From NCBI GenBank assembly GCA_038859955.1, contig JAWCEH010000004.1:11196-35195 (forward strand): a stretch of DNA of 24,000 nucleotides, written 5' to 3'. This document shows positions 8,219 to 16,033 of this stretch, piece after piece. The DNA is from Candidatus Bathyarchaeia archaeon (GTDB lineage Archaea; Thermoproteota; Bathyarchaeia; Bathyarchaeales; DTEX01). The notes below the pieces were generated by a model. It was not told the origin of the DNA and did no database searches. It saw only the letters and a program-made list of their open reading frames with translations. The stretch's first letter is position 1. Each line of letters starts with the position of its first letter. The position numbers and the translations under genes are program-made.

Positions 8219-9941
8219 ATACAGGAAAGATTACAAAAACTTTAATGTGGCAATTTACTGCCGAATCTACGATGTGCTTAGAATGACTGACCCAATATGG
8301 CTTGAAAAATCATTTAGTGAGATAAACCGGTTCATTAAATTCAACAAAGTATACATTGAGACCTTTCGTGATATGATCTTAGCCGACAAGGAAACTTTGC
8401 TGAAAATCAAAGACTTCTTCGAGAGGAAGGGTATTAGGGTTTCTGGCGGCATATGCACAGTTATGAATGAACGTGAATGGATGAGAACTTTCTGCTACTC
8501 CAACCCAGATCATGTAGATAAAATTAAGGAGATAGTTGCCTATACCTCTGAGATTTTTGACGAAGTAATTTTGGATGACTTTTTCTTCACAAACTGTAAA
8601 TGTGAGCTCTGTGTTAAGCAAAAGGGTGAGGAGAGCTGGACAAAATATCGCCTAAAAATATTAGTAAAGACCGCTGAAGAGTTAATTAGGGTTGCAAAGA
8701 AGGTTAATCCGAAAGTTAACCTGATAATTAAGTATCCAAATTGGTATGAGCATTACCAGTTTCTGGGCTACGACTTAGATGTGGAATCCAAGATTTTCGA
8801 CATGATATATACGGGAACTGAAACAAGAGATCCCGAATATACTTATCAGCACCTGCAACCGTATCAAAGCTATCTAATTATGCGCTATCTTGAAAACGTT
8901 AAGCCTGGAAAGAATGGTGGAGGATGGGTTGACCCGTTTGCAAGAAGAGTTATGGATTTATTTGCTCAGCAGATTAGACTTACATTGTTTGCTAAAGCCA
9001 AGGAAATTACATTATTCTGTTATGATGTTCTAATAAGGCCAGCTAAAGGAATTGACGGCTCTCAAAATGTCATTAGTACTGTTGCCCACGTAGCTGGCAA
9101 TACGCTTGAGGATATCGACGCTATACTACATCATTTAGGTCAACCCATCGGTGTTCCATGCTATAAGCCCTATAATTCCTCATCTGGGGAGGACTTTTTA
9201 CCTAATTATTTTGGTATGATGGGGGTACCCTTAGATCTTAGACCAGATTTTCCACGAAATGAAAAAACAATATTTCTAACAGAAAACGCGAAATTTGACA
9301 ACGAAATTATCGAAAAAATTAAGGAACATTTACTTCAAGGTGGAAACGTTATTATTACCTCTGGATTACTTAAAGCCCTGCAGAATAAAGGTCTGTCAAG
9401 CATCGTGGAGGTTGAGTGCGCAGACAAAAAGGTTTTAGTTAATAGGTTTTCGAGATTCATGTTCGCTGATGTATACCAATCTGACACTGATATTTTAATT
9501 CCTCAAATAAGATATCCAACTAACGATGTTTGGGAGATTATTACGTGCTTAAGTAAAGGCAATGGATATCCATTACTATTGCGTAGCCAGTATGCTAAAG
9601 GTATACTATACATACTAACAATTCCAGATAACTTTGGGGACTTATACCATTTGCCACAAGAGGTTCTTACAGAAATACGAAGAGTCTTAACTGGGGATAT
9701 CAAAGTTTACATTGAGGGTCCGAGCAGAGCATGCTTATTTCTATACGATAATAATACCTTTATAATTGAGTCATTCCTACCGCACTTCTTAAGATGTAAT
9801 GTTGTAGTAAAATCTAGAGGCGCCAAACTCTATGACTTGATTCTAGATAAGGAATTCGAAGGCTCAGAAAGAGGTGAAGAAACGGTCTTCCCAGTATTTG
9901 TAGAACCTCATCACTATAGAATCTATAAATTCAAAATTTAA
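8205..9941 (+). CDS. Divergent GH42-like paralogue: TIM barrel with a CxCxxC Zn site plus a GATase1-like domain
   Basis: FCYSNPDH followed by VILDDFFFTNCKCELC reproduces the GH42 Cys4 pattern. The C-terminal part (IFLTENAKF...LLQGGNVIITSG) resembles the GH42 middle domain. The start was re-called to ATG 8205, which follows GGTGAT by 4 nt, giving a 14-nt overlap with the upstream gene. Confidence 0.55.
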   Translation: MEASEYRKDYKNFNVAIYCRIYDVLRMTDPIWLEKSFSEINRFIKFNKVYIETFRDMILADKETLLKIKDFFERKGIRVSGGICTVMNEREWMRTFCYSNPDHVDKIKEIVAYTSEIFDEVILDDFFFTNCKCELCVKQKGEESWTKYRLKILVKTAEELIRVAKKVNPKVNLIIKYPNWYEHYQFLGYDLDVESKIFDMIYTGTETRDPEYTYQHLQPYQSYLIMRYLENVKPGKNGGGWVDPFARRVMDLFAQQIRLTLFAKAKEITLFCYDVLIRPAKGIDGSQNVISTVAHVAGNTLEDIDAILHHLGQPIGVPCYKPYNSSSGEDFLPNYFGMMGVPLDLRPDFPRNEKTIFLTENAKFDNEIIEKIKEHLLQGGNVIITSGLLKALQNKGLSSIVEVECADKKVLVNRFSRFMFADVYQSDTDILIPQIRYPTNDVWEIITCLSKGNGYPLLLRSQYAKGILYILTIPDNFGDLYHLPQEVLTEIRRVLTGDIKVYIEGPSRACLFLYDNNTFIIESFLPHFLRCNVVVKSRGAKLYDLILDKEFEGSERGEETVFPVFVEPHHYRIYKFKI

Positions 9942-10062
9942 TTCTTTTAACGCTTTTATTAGTATATTGGCGCGTAGTGATTAAAATCTAATTTACTGAC
10001 AAAATTTAAATATGCCTAAAATATAGATCTCTCTCAAAACAAGTGTTGTAGTGGAGTTAAAT

Positions 10063-10677
10063 ATGGGTGGGCGATCTGAACCCGGAATAGGCGAGGTTGG
10101 AAGCATACATTTTCCGATTAGTGAGGCATTTAAATACTGCTTAGAAAGCGTTAGAAAACGCTTTACAAGAACCTTGATAACATCACTGTCAGTCTTACTA
10201 AGCATCGCTTTTCTTGTTTCGCTATTAACGATGGGGGAAATACTCGCGCAACCACAGATTGGTGGGGCGCCACCTCAATACCAAATATGGGTGGCTATAA
10301 TAGCTCTGCTCGTATGCGGTGTTGGAATAGTCAATTCTATGCTGATGTCAGTAACCGAGCGTTACAAGGAGATAGGCACTATAAAATGTCTAGGCGCAAC
10401 GGACGGCGCAGTTTTAGAGATATTCTTGATAGAGGCTCTATTATTAGGTATAATAGGTGGAGTTATTGGTGCAGTAGTTGGATGGTTAGCCGCAGTATTA
10501 ATCTACTACTTTCAGTATGGGCCTCTAGTTTTCTTCGAGGGTGCAATGCTAAGATACGCTAGCATTATAGGAATGTCCATTGGAATAGCAGCGCTAATCA
10601 GCATAGCTGCTGCAGCCTATCCAGCGTTCTACGCAGCCAGGTTAAAGCCAGCAGAAGCCCTAAGATACGAGATATAG
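10063..10677 (+). CDS. Minimal FtsX/MacB-type ABC permease-like membrane protein
   Basis: TM1 is LITSLSVLLSIAFLVSLL. The FtsX core reads TERYKEIGTIKCLGATDGAVLEIFLIEALLLGIIGG...YPAFYAARLKPAEALRYE. The loop between TM1 and TM2 is only about 18 aa. An ATG at 10063 follows GTGGAG; the track start is GTG 10051. Confidence 0.6.
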   Translation: MGGRSEPGIGEVGSIHFPISEAFKYCLESVRKRFTRTLITSLSVLLSIAFLVSLLTMGEILAQPQIGGAPPQYQIWVAIIALLVCGVGIVNSMLMSVTERYKEIGTIKCLGATDGAVLEIFLIEALLLGIIGGVIGAVVGWLAAVLIYYFQYGPLVFFEGAMLRYASIIGMSIGIAALISIAAAAYPAFYAARLKPAEALRYEI

Positions 10678-10756
10678 CAACTAAAGACCAAGAGTTCAAA
10701 TCTTTTAAGGTTTTCTAAAAAGGTATTATAGAAAATAAAATTTTTTACTGGAAAAT

Positions 10757-11686
10757 TTAGAAATAGGATTTTTCAAGGACGGTTCTTGCAAGCCTAACTT
10801 TATCCTCCAGTGTCTTCATTATCGTATTAGTCAAAAGAACCTTAATTCCAAGATCCCTCTCTATTCTATCCTTTTCTTCTTCATCCACTTGATCTAACAC
10901 GAAAAGATTCAGAAAGTCTTTATATAAATATGCCACCGAGTATGCTGAGACCTCTAATCCGAGGCCCCTCATTAATTTATCAGCTGGTCCTTTTAATGGG
11001 GCTCCAGAGACAATTGGGCTTATGGCTACTTTACGCGCTTCGCTTTTTCTCATTGATTCTCTTACACCTTTAATAGATAGTATTGTACCTATGCTTACAA
11101 TCGGATTGCTTGGGCAGATAATTATTAAATTACTGTTGAGTATTGCATCGATAACCCCTTCAGCTGGACGAGCGTTTTCAACACTCATATATTTCACACC
11201 TAAAACTCTGTCTTTTGCTCCCCTCTTGACTAAATACTCTTGGAAATGCATTAAACCAGCGTCAGTCTCAATCCAAGTCTCAACTCGGTCATCAGTCATT
11301 GGGATTATATTAACTCTTAAGCCCAGACCTCGGCATATTTCCTTTGTCGCCTGAGAAAGTGTCAGTCCCCTCCTCAAGAGAACTGTTCTGTGAATATGTG
11401 TTGCAAGATCTCTGTCGCCTATATTAAACCATGTATCGTATCCATACTTTTGGAGCATCTCCAGGCAATGAAATGTATCATCCTTTATTCCCCAACCTTT
11501 TTCTTCATCAACTATGCCCGCAAGAGTATATGCGACTATATCAAGATCTGGCGAAATATGCAACCCAAAAAGTTCTATGTCATCTCCAGTATTCACGATA
11601 ATTGTTAACTCTTCTTCCGGAATAACTCTTATGAGACCGGAAAGAAATTTTGCAGCGCCAACACCACCAGCTAAAGCCGTTATCAT
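10757..11686 (-). CDS. cofD: 2-phospho-L-lactate (or EPPG) transferase CofD, F420 biosynthesis
   Basis: Motifs: MITALAGGVGAAKFLSGL, VNTGDDIELFGLHISPDLD, EKGWG and ICPSNPIVSIGTILS. The start was re-called to ATG 11686, which forms an ATGA overlap with the upstream nitroreductase stop. The track's TTG at 11701 is probably an over-extension. Confidence 0.85.
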   Translation of the reverse strand: MITALAGGVGAAKFLSGLIRVIPEEELTIIVNTGDDIELFGLHISPDLDIVAYTLAGIVDEEKGWGIKDDTFHCLEMLQKYGYDTWFNIGDRDLATHIHRTVLLRRGLTLSQATKEICRGLGLRVNIIPMTDDRVETWIETDAGLMHFQEYLVKRGAKDRVLGVKYMSVENARPAEGVIDAILNSNLIIICPSNPIVSIGTILSIKGVRESMRKSEARKVAISPIVSGAPLKGPADKLMRGLGLEVSAYSVAYLYKDFLNLFVLDQVDEEEKDRIERDLGIKVLLTNTIMKTLEDKVRLARTVLEKSYF

Positions 11687-12306
11687 AAGCTCACGCCCCA
11701 ATAATTCTTAAACGCTATCTCCTTAATTTCCTTTCTAGGCGGGGGCTCCGGACTCTCGGCCGGATAGCCAATTGCTATTAAAGCTTGGGGTTCGACGTCG
11801 CGCGGCATCTTTAAAACTCTTCTAACAGTCTTCTGACAGAATAGAGGTGCGCAGAACCAGCATGCGCCTAGTCCTTCAGCATAAGCAGCTAAGAGAATGT
11901 TCTGGATTGCGGCAGCTAAACTCTGCGTTGCCATTAAATGTTCGAATTTTTGTCTCCTCCTATCAGGATATTTGTGCATCTCCTTCATAGTCAGAGCGGT
12001 AACCACTAAAACTGGTGTCTCGGTAAAGCGTTTAATCGATTCACTGATCAGCTTTTTTGATTCTTCTTGAGGAACACCGTCTCTTTCAAGATCTTTAGCC
12101 CATTCTGAGGCCATAGCTTCAGCTAGCTTCTTCTTTACATCGGAATCGGTTATTACGACAAAACGCCAGGGTTGAGAGTTATGGGCGGATGGAGCCCATC
12201 TAGCAGCCTCAATCACCCTAAAAATAAGTTCTCCCGGGATACTCTCTGGCCGATAACGTCTTATACTTCTTCTGCCCTTAATAACATATTCTATAGGTTT
12301 TTCCAT
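11683..12306 (-). CDS. Nitroreductase-fold flavoprotein, resembling the FbiB C-terminal domain
   Basis: The motif KGRRSIRRYRPESIPGELIFRVIEAARWAPSAHNSQPWRFVVI is a classic nitroreductase N-terminal signature. The start was re-called to ATG 12306, which follows GGTGAG by 6 nt. Confidence 0.8.
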   Translation of the reverse strand: MEKPIEYVIKGRRSIRRYRPESIPGELIFRVIEAARWAPSAHNSQPWRFVVITDSDVKKKLAEAMASEWAKDLERDGVPQEESKKLISESIKRFTETPVLVVTALTMKEMHKYPDRRRQKFEHLMATQSLAAAIQNILLAAYAEGLGACWFCAPLFCQKTVRRVLKMPRDVEPQALIAIGYPAESPEPPPRKEIKEIAFKNYWGVSL

Positions 12307-12396
12307 CGACTTCTCACCAAAAATAATAATTGAAAGCAATAAGGGCTAAATATCTTAGTGCTTTGAAATGTTCCTTATTGATGGGAGTTGCTTTCC

Positions 12397-12978
12397 TTAC
12401 GTATAATATATCTTTATGCGAGTTCTGACGGCTTCCGCTATAATATGACCCAGTAGAATGGTATAAAAAGCGAGCGTAGCGTTGAAAAACGCGATTAATG
12501 GTAGAGAGAGTAATATCGCCTCTTCAGTTAAACTGAAGCCGATAGGCGGAGGGAAGCGGAGAAAAGCCCAGTTGACTAGAGTCATTATTACAACTCTGAA
12601 AATTATTCCGAAGACTATTAAAATCAAACTTGACTTAAGCTTAAATTCTTGAAAACATCGAATTGCAGTTCTCATCAAAAATTTGCTGAACAAGAGACCT
12701 AATAGCATGCTGATTATCGCTGCTAGGTTATAGAGAGGTCCTGTAAGCAATACTCCTGGAAAAATAGCTAGGAGTACAAGCGTATTTACTATAGATATAA
12801 GAACGCTTACCGAAAAGCCATATAGTAGAAACGCTGCAACTATGGGCACTTCCCATACCTGATATATTAAGAATGGAGCATATGGAGCTGGAATTTTTAT
12901 AGGTGAAAGGTTAAGCCCTATTGTAAGCGCTGTAAAAACAGTTATAAGTGCAATTTTACCTGATTTGGGCATGTTCAT
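12397..12978 (-). CDS. Polytopic membrane protein, possibly an ECF-type S-component
   Basis: About 6 hydrophobic helices in 193 aa. The N-terminus KIALITVFTALTIGLN...IKIP and the overall size resemble ECF substrate-binding S-components. No ECF T or A components are nearby, so the functional call is weak. Confidence 0.4.
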   Translation of the reverse strand: MNMPKSGKIALITVFTALTIGLNLSPIKIPAPYAPFLIYQVWEVPIVAAFLLYGFSVSVLISIVNTLVLLAIFPGVLLTGPLYNLAAIISMLLGLLFSKFLMRTAIRCFQEFKLKSSLILIVFGIIFRVVIMTLVNWAFLRFPPPIGFSLTEEAILLSLPLIAFFNATLAFYTILLGHIIAEAVRTRIKIYYT

Positions 12979-13095
12979 TCTCCCTCATGATGGTGTTGCT
13001 AGCTTATCTTAGAATTATTTCATACTATTATTTAAGAGTAATTACTCAAAAATGAGTAAAATTAACTCGAACTTTAAATTAACACTAACTGCTTC

Positions 13096-13536
13096 TTACT
13101 CAATTTTTTGTTCTTCAATCGAAATATCAAATAATTCATTAATGCTCTTATTTATTGTTTCAAAAGCTTTCTGCTCAGTATCCTCTTTAGTAGACATTTC
13201 TTTAAGGCTTTTGAGAGCATCGTCCTTAAGTTTCATTTTGAGTAATTTATTATCCTTAATAAATATAATTAAGATTGATTCTCCTTCCCTAACCGTGATG
13301 TTTCCTTTTCCCATAGTGCATCCTGTAGCGACTTGAATCCCATCGACGAGACAAGAATATGGCGGACTAGGTCTAGTTTCAACGATCGCTTTTGTCCTAA
13401 AGTAATCTTTTCCTAGAACTCTATTAGCAAATAATCCGGCCTTTAAGCCCAATATAAGGAATGGGCCGAGATGACCATGGAATTTCACAGCTTCATTTAA
13501 CAGCGCACTTGTAATTTCGTCATACATGCCATTCAA
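13096..13536 (-). CDS. FmdE-domain protein (formylmethanofuran dehydrogenase subunit E family)
   Basis: Motifs: AVKFHGHLGPFLILGLKAG and CLVDGIQVATGCTMGKGNI. A GGAGAGG Shine-Dalgarno lies upstream of the ATG. Confidence 0.75.
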   Translation of the reverse strand: MNGMYDEITSALLNEAVKFHGHLGPFLILGLKAGLFANRVLGKDYFRTKAIVETRPSPPYSCLVDGIQVATGCTMGKGNITVREGESILIIFIKDNKLLKMKLKDDALKSLKEMSTKEDTEQKAFETINKSINELFDISIEEQKIE

Positions 13537-13576
13537 ATACTGTCCTCTCCGTAATCTCAGTTAGTATTACGATTTT

Positions 13577-13602
13577 ATAAAAAAGTGTTACTGAAAACAC
13601 TT
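13577..13602 (-). terminator. Hairpin plus T-run after the PriS-like gene
   Basis: The minus strand reads AAGTGTT-ttcagt-AACACTT followed by TTTTAT, giving a 7-bp perfect stem (13583-13589 paired with 13596-13602). It starts 26 nt after the stop at 13628. Confidence 0.45.
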
Positions 13603-13627
13603 ATTTAAAAATATCTCGTTACTACTC

Positions 13628-14482
13628 CTATTCCTTTTGCAGCCACTCCATTATTTGCTTATCTAATGGTTTTGCTTTTCGTTTTTTCCGTCTAGGTTTA
13701 AATGGGTATCCACCTACCGCCCTATACGCTGCTTCTGCAAGTTTATCAGATTCTCCATCAATAAATTCATGCCAATTAGGGTTATGTCTAAAAATATGTG
13801 GGCTAGTCCATTCAGGCGTAAAATTTTCAAGTTCTTCCGGCTTCATGCATATGCATACCGCATCTAGTTCTCGATGCAAACTTAATGGACATGTGAAGAC
13901 TCTAGTTGGATCCATTTTATTCTCCACAGTTATTCCACCCTTAGGTGATAACTCTATAAGCTTTGAGGAAATCTTTGAATTTACGTACTCAACAATGGCA
14001 TATGCTAAATCTAAAGGATTATATTTTTCTAGCAGGTCTTCTGATATGCTTCTTTCGTTTATGTGAATATGGCATCCGTTTCCAGACCATTTAATATAAA
14101 TCGACTCTTTAATCCCGCAATTAAACAAGAATCTTACAATATCTTTAGCGACGCGAATAGTATTCTTCCAGTTTGGAAGTTCGCTGTCAATATCCCATGT
14201 GGGCGTGCAGTATATTATGTTTGACCACTCATAGAGGTCCTCAATATTTTGGAGATTTCTATAAACATTAGCCGTTGCATAGATTGATCTTAACAATTGG
14301 TTATTTAGCTTAATTATGTCCTCGGTTTTCTCCATTAAAATGGGTTTTCCTCTAATATACCTTTTAAAAACTAAACTGCCAACTGAATCTATATAGTGAA
14401 GTGCAACCCATCTACCTTTACAAAAATCTAAAATCTCTTTTTGAACATCTAAGCGCGAGTAGTGCTCATAGAGCATATTCAA
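13628..14482 (-). CDS. priS: Archaeo-eukaryotic primase catalytic subunit, PriS-like, without a Zn knuckle
   Basis: The AEP motifs occur in order: TPTWDIDSE (DxD), KWSGNGCHIHI (SGxGxH) and KMDPTRVFTCPLSLH (motif III). AKDIVRFLFNCGIKESIYIKWSGNGCHIHI aligns by eye to Pyrococcus p41 AKEIVRDTV..IHIIYSGRGYHIRV. The start is TTG 14482 (TTGA overlap with the upstream stop) or ATG 14476. Confidence 0.75.
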   Translation of the reverse strand: MNMLYEHYSRLDVQKEILDFCKGRWVALHYIDSVGSLVFKRYIRGKPILMEKTEDIIKLNNQLLRSIYATANVYRNLQNIEDLYEWSNIIYCTPTWDIDSELPNWKNTIRVAKDIVRFLFNCGIKESIYIKWSGNGCHIHINERSISEDLLEKYNPLDLAYAIVEYVNSKISSKLIELSPKGGITVENKMDPTRVFTCPLSLHRELDAVCICMKPEELENFTPEWTSPHIFRHNPNWHEFIDGESDKLAEAAYRAVGGYPFKPRRKKRKAKPLDKQIMEWLQKE

Positions 14483-15270
14483 GGTATTTCGGCTTCCCTT
14501 CTCTCGGTTGCTCTTTGAATTCGTTCCATAACGTGTTTGGGTAGAGATATATCTTCCTTTCTCATATCAATTGGCTTAACGATAGTTAAACCTTTTCCAG
14601 GCAATATCGCGATTTCATACATTTGTAGACTATGATTTGTTTGCCGCATCTTCTCTATGAGTACATAGCGCTTTAGAACCCCGTTTCTAACGGTTCTTCT
14701 AAATCTAATTATGCCATCAGCTATATGCTCTACACCCCAACCAAAAGCTTCGGAAGTTGTTATAGCATACTGTGATGTTGCCATAACCGTGAAATCCCAT
14801 TTAAATAAAACCTTCTTCACAAAATACGAGTATCTCCTAGCCATAGCTGGTTTATCGAGCCAAAATGCTGAAAGTGAATCGATAACGAGGCGGGCTCTGC
14901 CATAACCTAGAGTTTTCTTCGCTTCTATAACTTTATTCACAAGTTCCTCAATCTCTAAACTTTGGAGTGACCATTCATCCTTAGTCCCCATTAATGCATC
15001 AATAATTATTATTTTCTTTTCAGATATTCCCTTGTAGAAGTCGAAACCAAATTGTGCTGCCTGTGTAATGATTGACTCGCGGCTCTCCTCGGTTGTTACG
15101 TAGATGCATTTATCTCCCTCAATTATTCCTTGAGCAATAAAATGTATACAGAGGATGGTCTTACCAGTGCCTGGTTCTCCGGTAATAGCCACTGTAAAGC
15201 CTTTCGGTATTCCACCCTCAAGCATAGCATCTAAATCTGGAATGCCAGTTGACAAGCGCTCAATAAGCAT
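14479..15270 (-). CDS. Single-domain KaiC/RadB-type RecA-superfamily ATPase
   Basis: Motifs: RLSTGIPDLDAMLEGGIPKG, Walker A GEPGTGKT, Walker B RLVIDSL, and the typical KaiC-like tail LIEKMRQTNH...YEI...KGL. Confidence 0.85.
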   Translation of the reverse strand: MLIERLSTGIPDLDAMLEGGIPKGFTVAITGEPGTGKTILCIHFIAQGIIEGDKCIYVTTEESRESIITQAAQFGFDFYKGISEKKIIIIDALMGTKDEWSLQSLEIEELVNKVIEAKKTLGYGRARLVIDSLSAFWLDKPAMARRYSYFVKKVLFKWDFTVMATSQYAITTSEAFGWGVEHIADGIIRFRRTVRNGVLKRYVLIEKMRQTNHSLQMYEIAILPGKGLTIVKPIDMRKEDISLPKHVMERIQRATERREAEIP

Positions 15271-15347
15271 CTCTGATCAACTCTCTACAGTAGTAAAAAT
15301 AACCTTTAGGCGCTCTAAAACCTTACTGACTAATTATTTAATGATCA

Positions 15348-15971
15348 CTACTGAAAAACACTTGGCTTTATATTTAAATAAACTAAAGGACCCCTCTCCT
15401 TCGGTAGCCGTGCTATTCTAGCGCTAATAGCGTTATACATGCTTAATGGATCTAGCACTATCGGTTTCGTGTCTTTACTGGTCTTTTGAATGCGCTTAGC
15501 TATCTCCTCGACTATTAAGTTTTCAGCTATGAACTCAATCATGCATACCTCGTTTTGATTCACAAGTTTTCTAACGGCTATGCTCTTTAATTCAGATTTG
15601 TAATCCATGTCTTGATATATTCTCCTTGCTCTCCTAATATTTTCTACATAATCTGGTGGCAACTCAAATTTTGTTGATAAAACCCTCACTCGCTCCCGCC
15701 ACTTCTTAAGCCACATGCCGGCCCAAAAGTTTATCGAAGTCTTAAGATCCGCTGGTTTACTCTTAAGATACTCCTCAAGTTTTCTATAAACAATTCGACT
15801 ATCATCTGTGTCTAATTTAACCTTTAGCCAGGTCTCCAGATCCTTTGAAGCGTATACAACCATTTGGTAATCTAGGGTGTATGGCTTAAATTGCGGGATA
15901 TAACTCTCAAACTCCTTGATTAACAGCGAGAGAAATCTATTGCGAAAGTTTATAGCGCTCATTGAACGCAC
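15348..15971 (-). CDS. Hypothetical protein, predicted mostly helical, no motif recognised
   Basis: A 207-codon ORF in the same orientation as the ATPase-primase pair, 77 nt upstream of it. The start is GTG 15971 or ATG 15962. A TTTTAAATT TATA-like box lies about 40-50 nt upstream. Confidence 0.6.
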   Translation of the reverse strand: MRSMSAINFRNRFLSLLIKEFESYIPQFKPYTLDYQMVVYASKDLETWLKVKLDTDDSRIVYRKLEEYLKSKPADLKTSINFWAGMWLKKWRERVRVLSTKFELPPDYVENIRRARRIYQDMDYKSELKSIAVRKLVNQNEVCMIEFIAENLIVEEIAKRIQKTSKDTKPIVLDPLSMYNAISARIARLPKERGPLVYLNIKPSVFQ

Positions 15972-16033
15972 TCACACAACATTTTAATAATGCGTGAAGC
16001 GGAATTTAAAAGTTGCTGATGAAACATAAATAT

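Noticed and set aside
8267-9703. Minus-strand ORFs 8267-8458, 8379-8621 and 9503-9703.
   Set aside because: They are antisense to the second GH42-like gene, short and motif-less.
9993-10562. ORF 9993-10205 (-) and ORF 10287-10562 (+).
   Set aside because: The first overlaps the promoter and start of the FtsX-like gene. The second is an Arg/Ser-rich alternative frame of that gene. Neither has any supporting signal.
10690-10706. A T-arm-like string AAGAGTTCAAATCTTTT, suggesting a tRNA just after the FtsX-like gene.
   Set aside because: The stem would be almost pure A-U/G-U. I could not build acceptor, D or anticodon arms from the flanks, and the 5' part would overlap the CDS end. It is more likely part of a bidirectional terminator region.
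11022-11711. Plus-strand ORFs 11022-11354, 11390-11608 and 11514-11711.
   Set aside because: They are antisense to cofD, whose motifs are unambiguous, and they show typical antisense composition.
15335-15360. ATGATCA...CTGA, resembling C and D boxes of a small RNA at the 3' end of the 207-aa gene.
   Set aside because: The C box has a mismatch to RUGAUGA. The CTGA follows after only 3 nt, there is no second box pair or terminal stem, and the sequence overlaps the CDS end.
13052-15421. Plus-strand ORFs 13052-13336, 13845-14066, 14711-14905 and 15155-15421.
   Set aside because: They are antisense to the FmdE-like, PriS-like and KaiC-like genes and to the 207-aa gene. They are Ser/Leu/Ile-rich low-complexity frames with no start signals.
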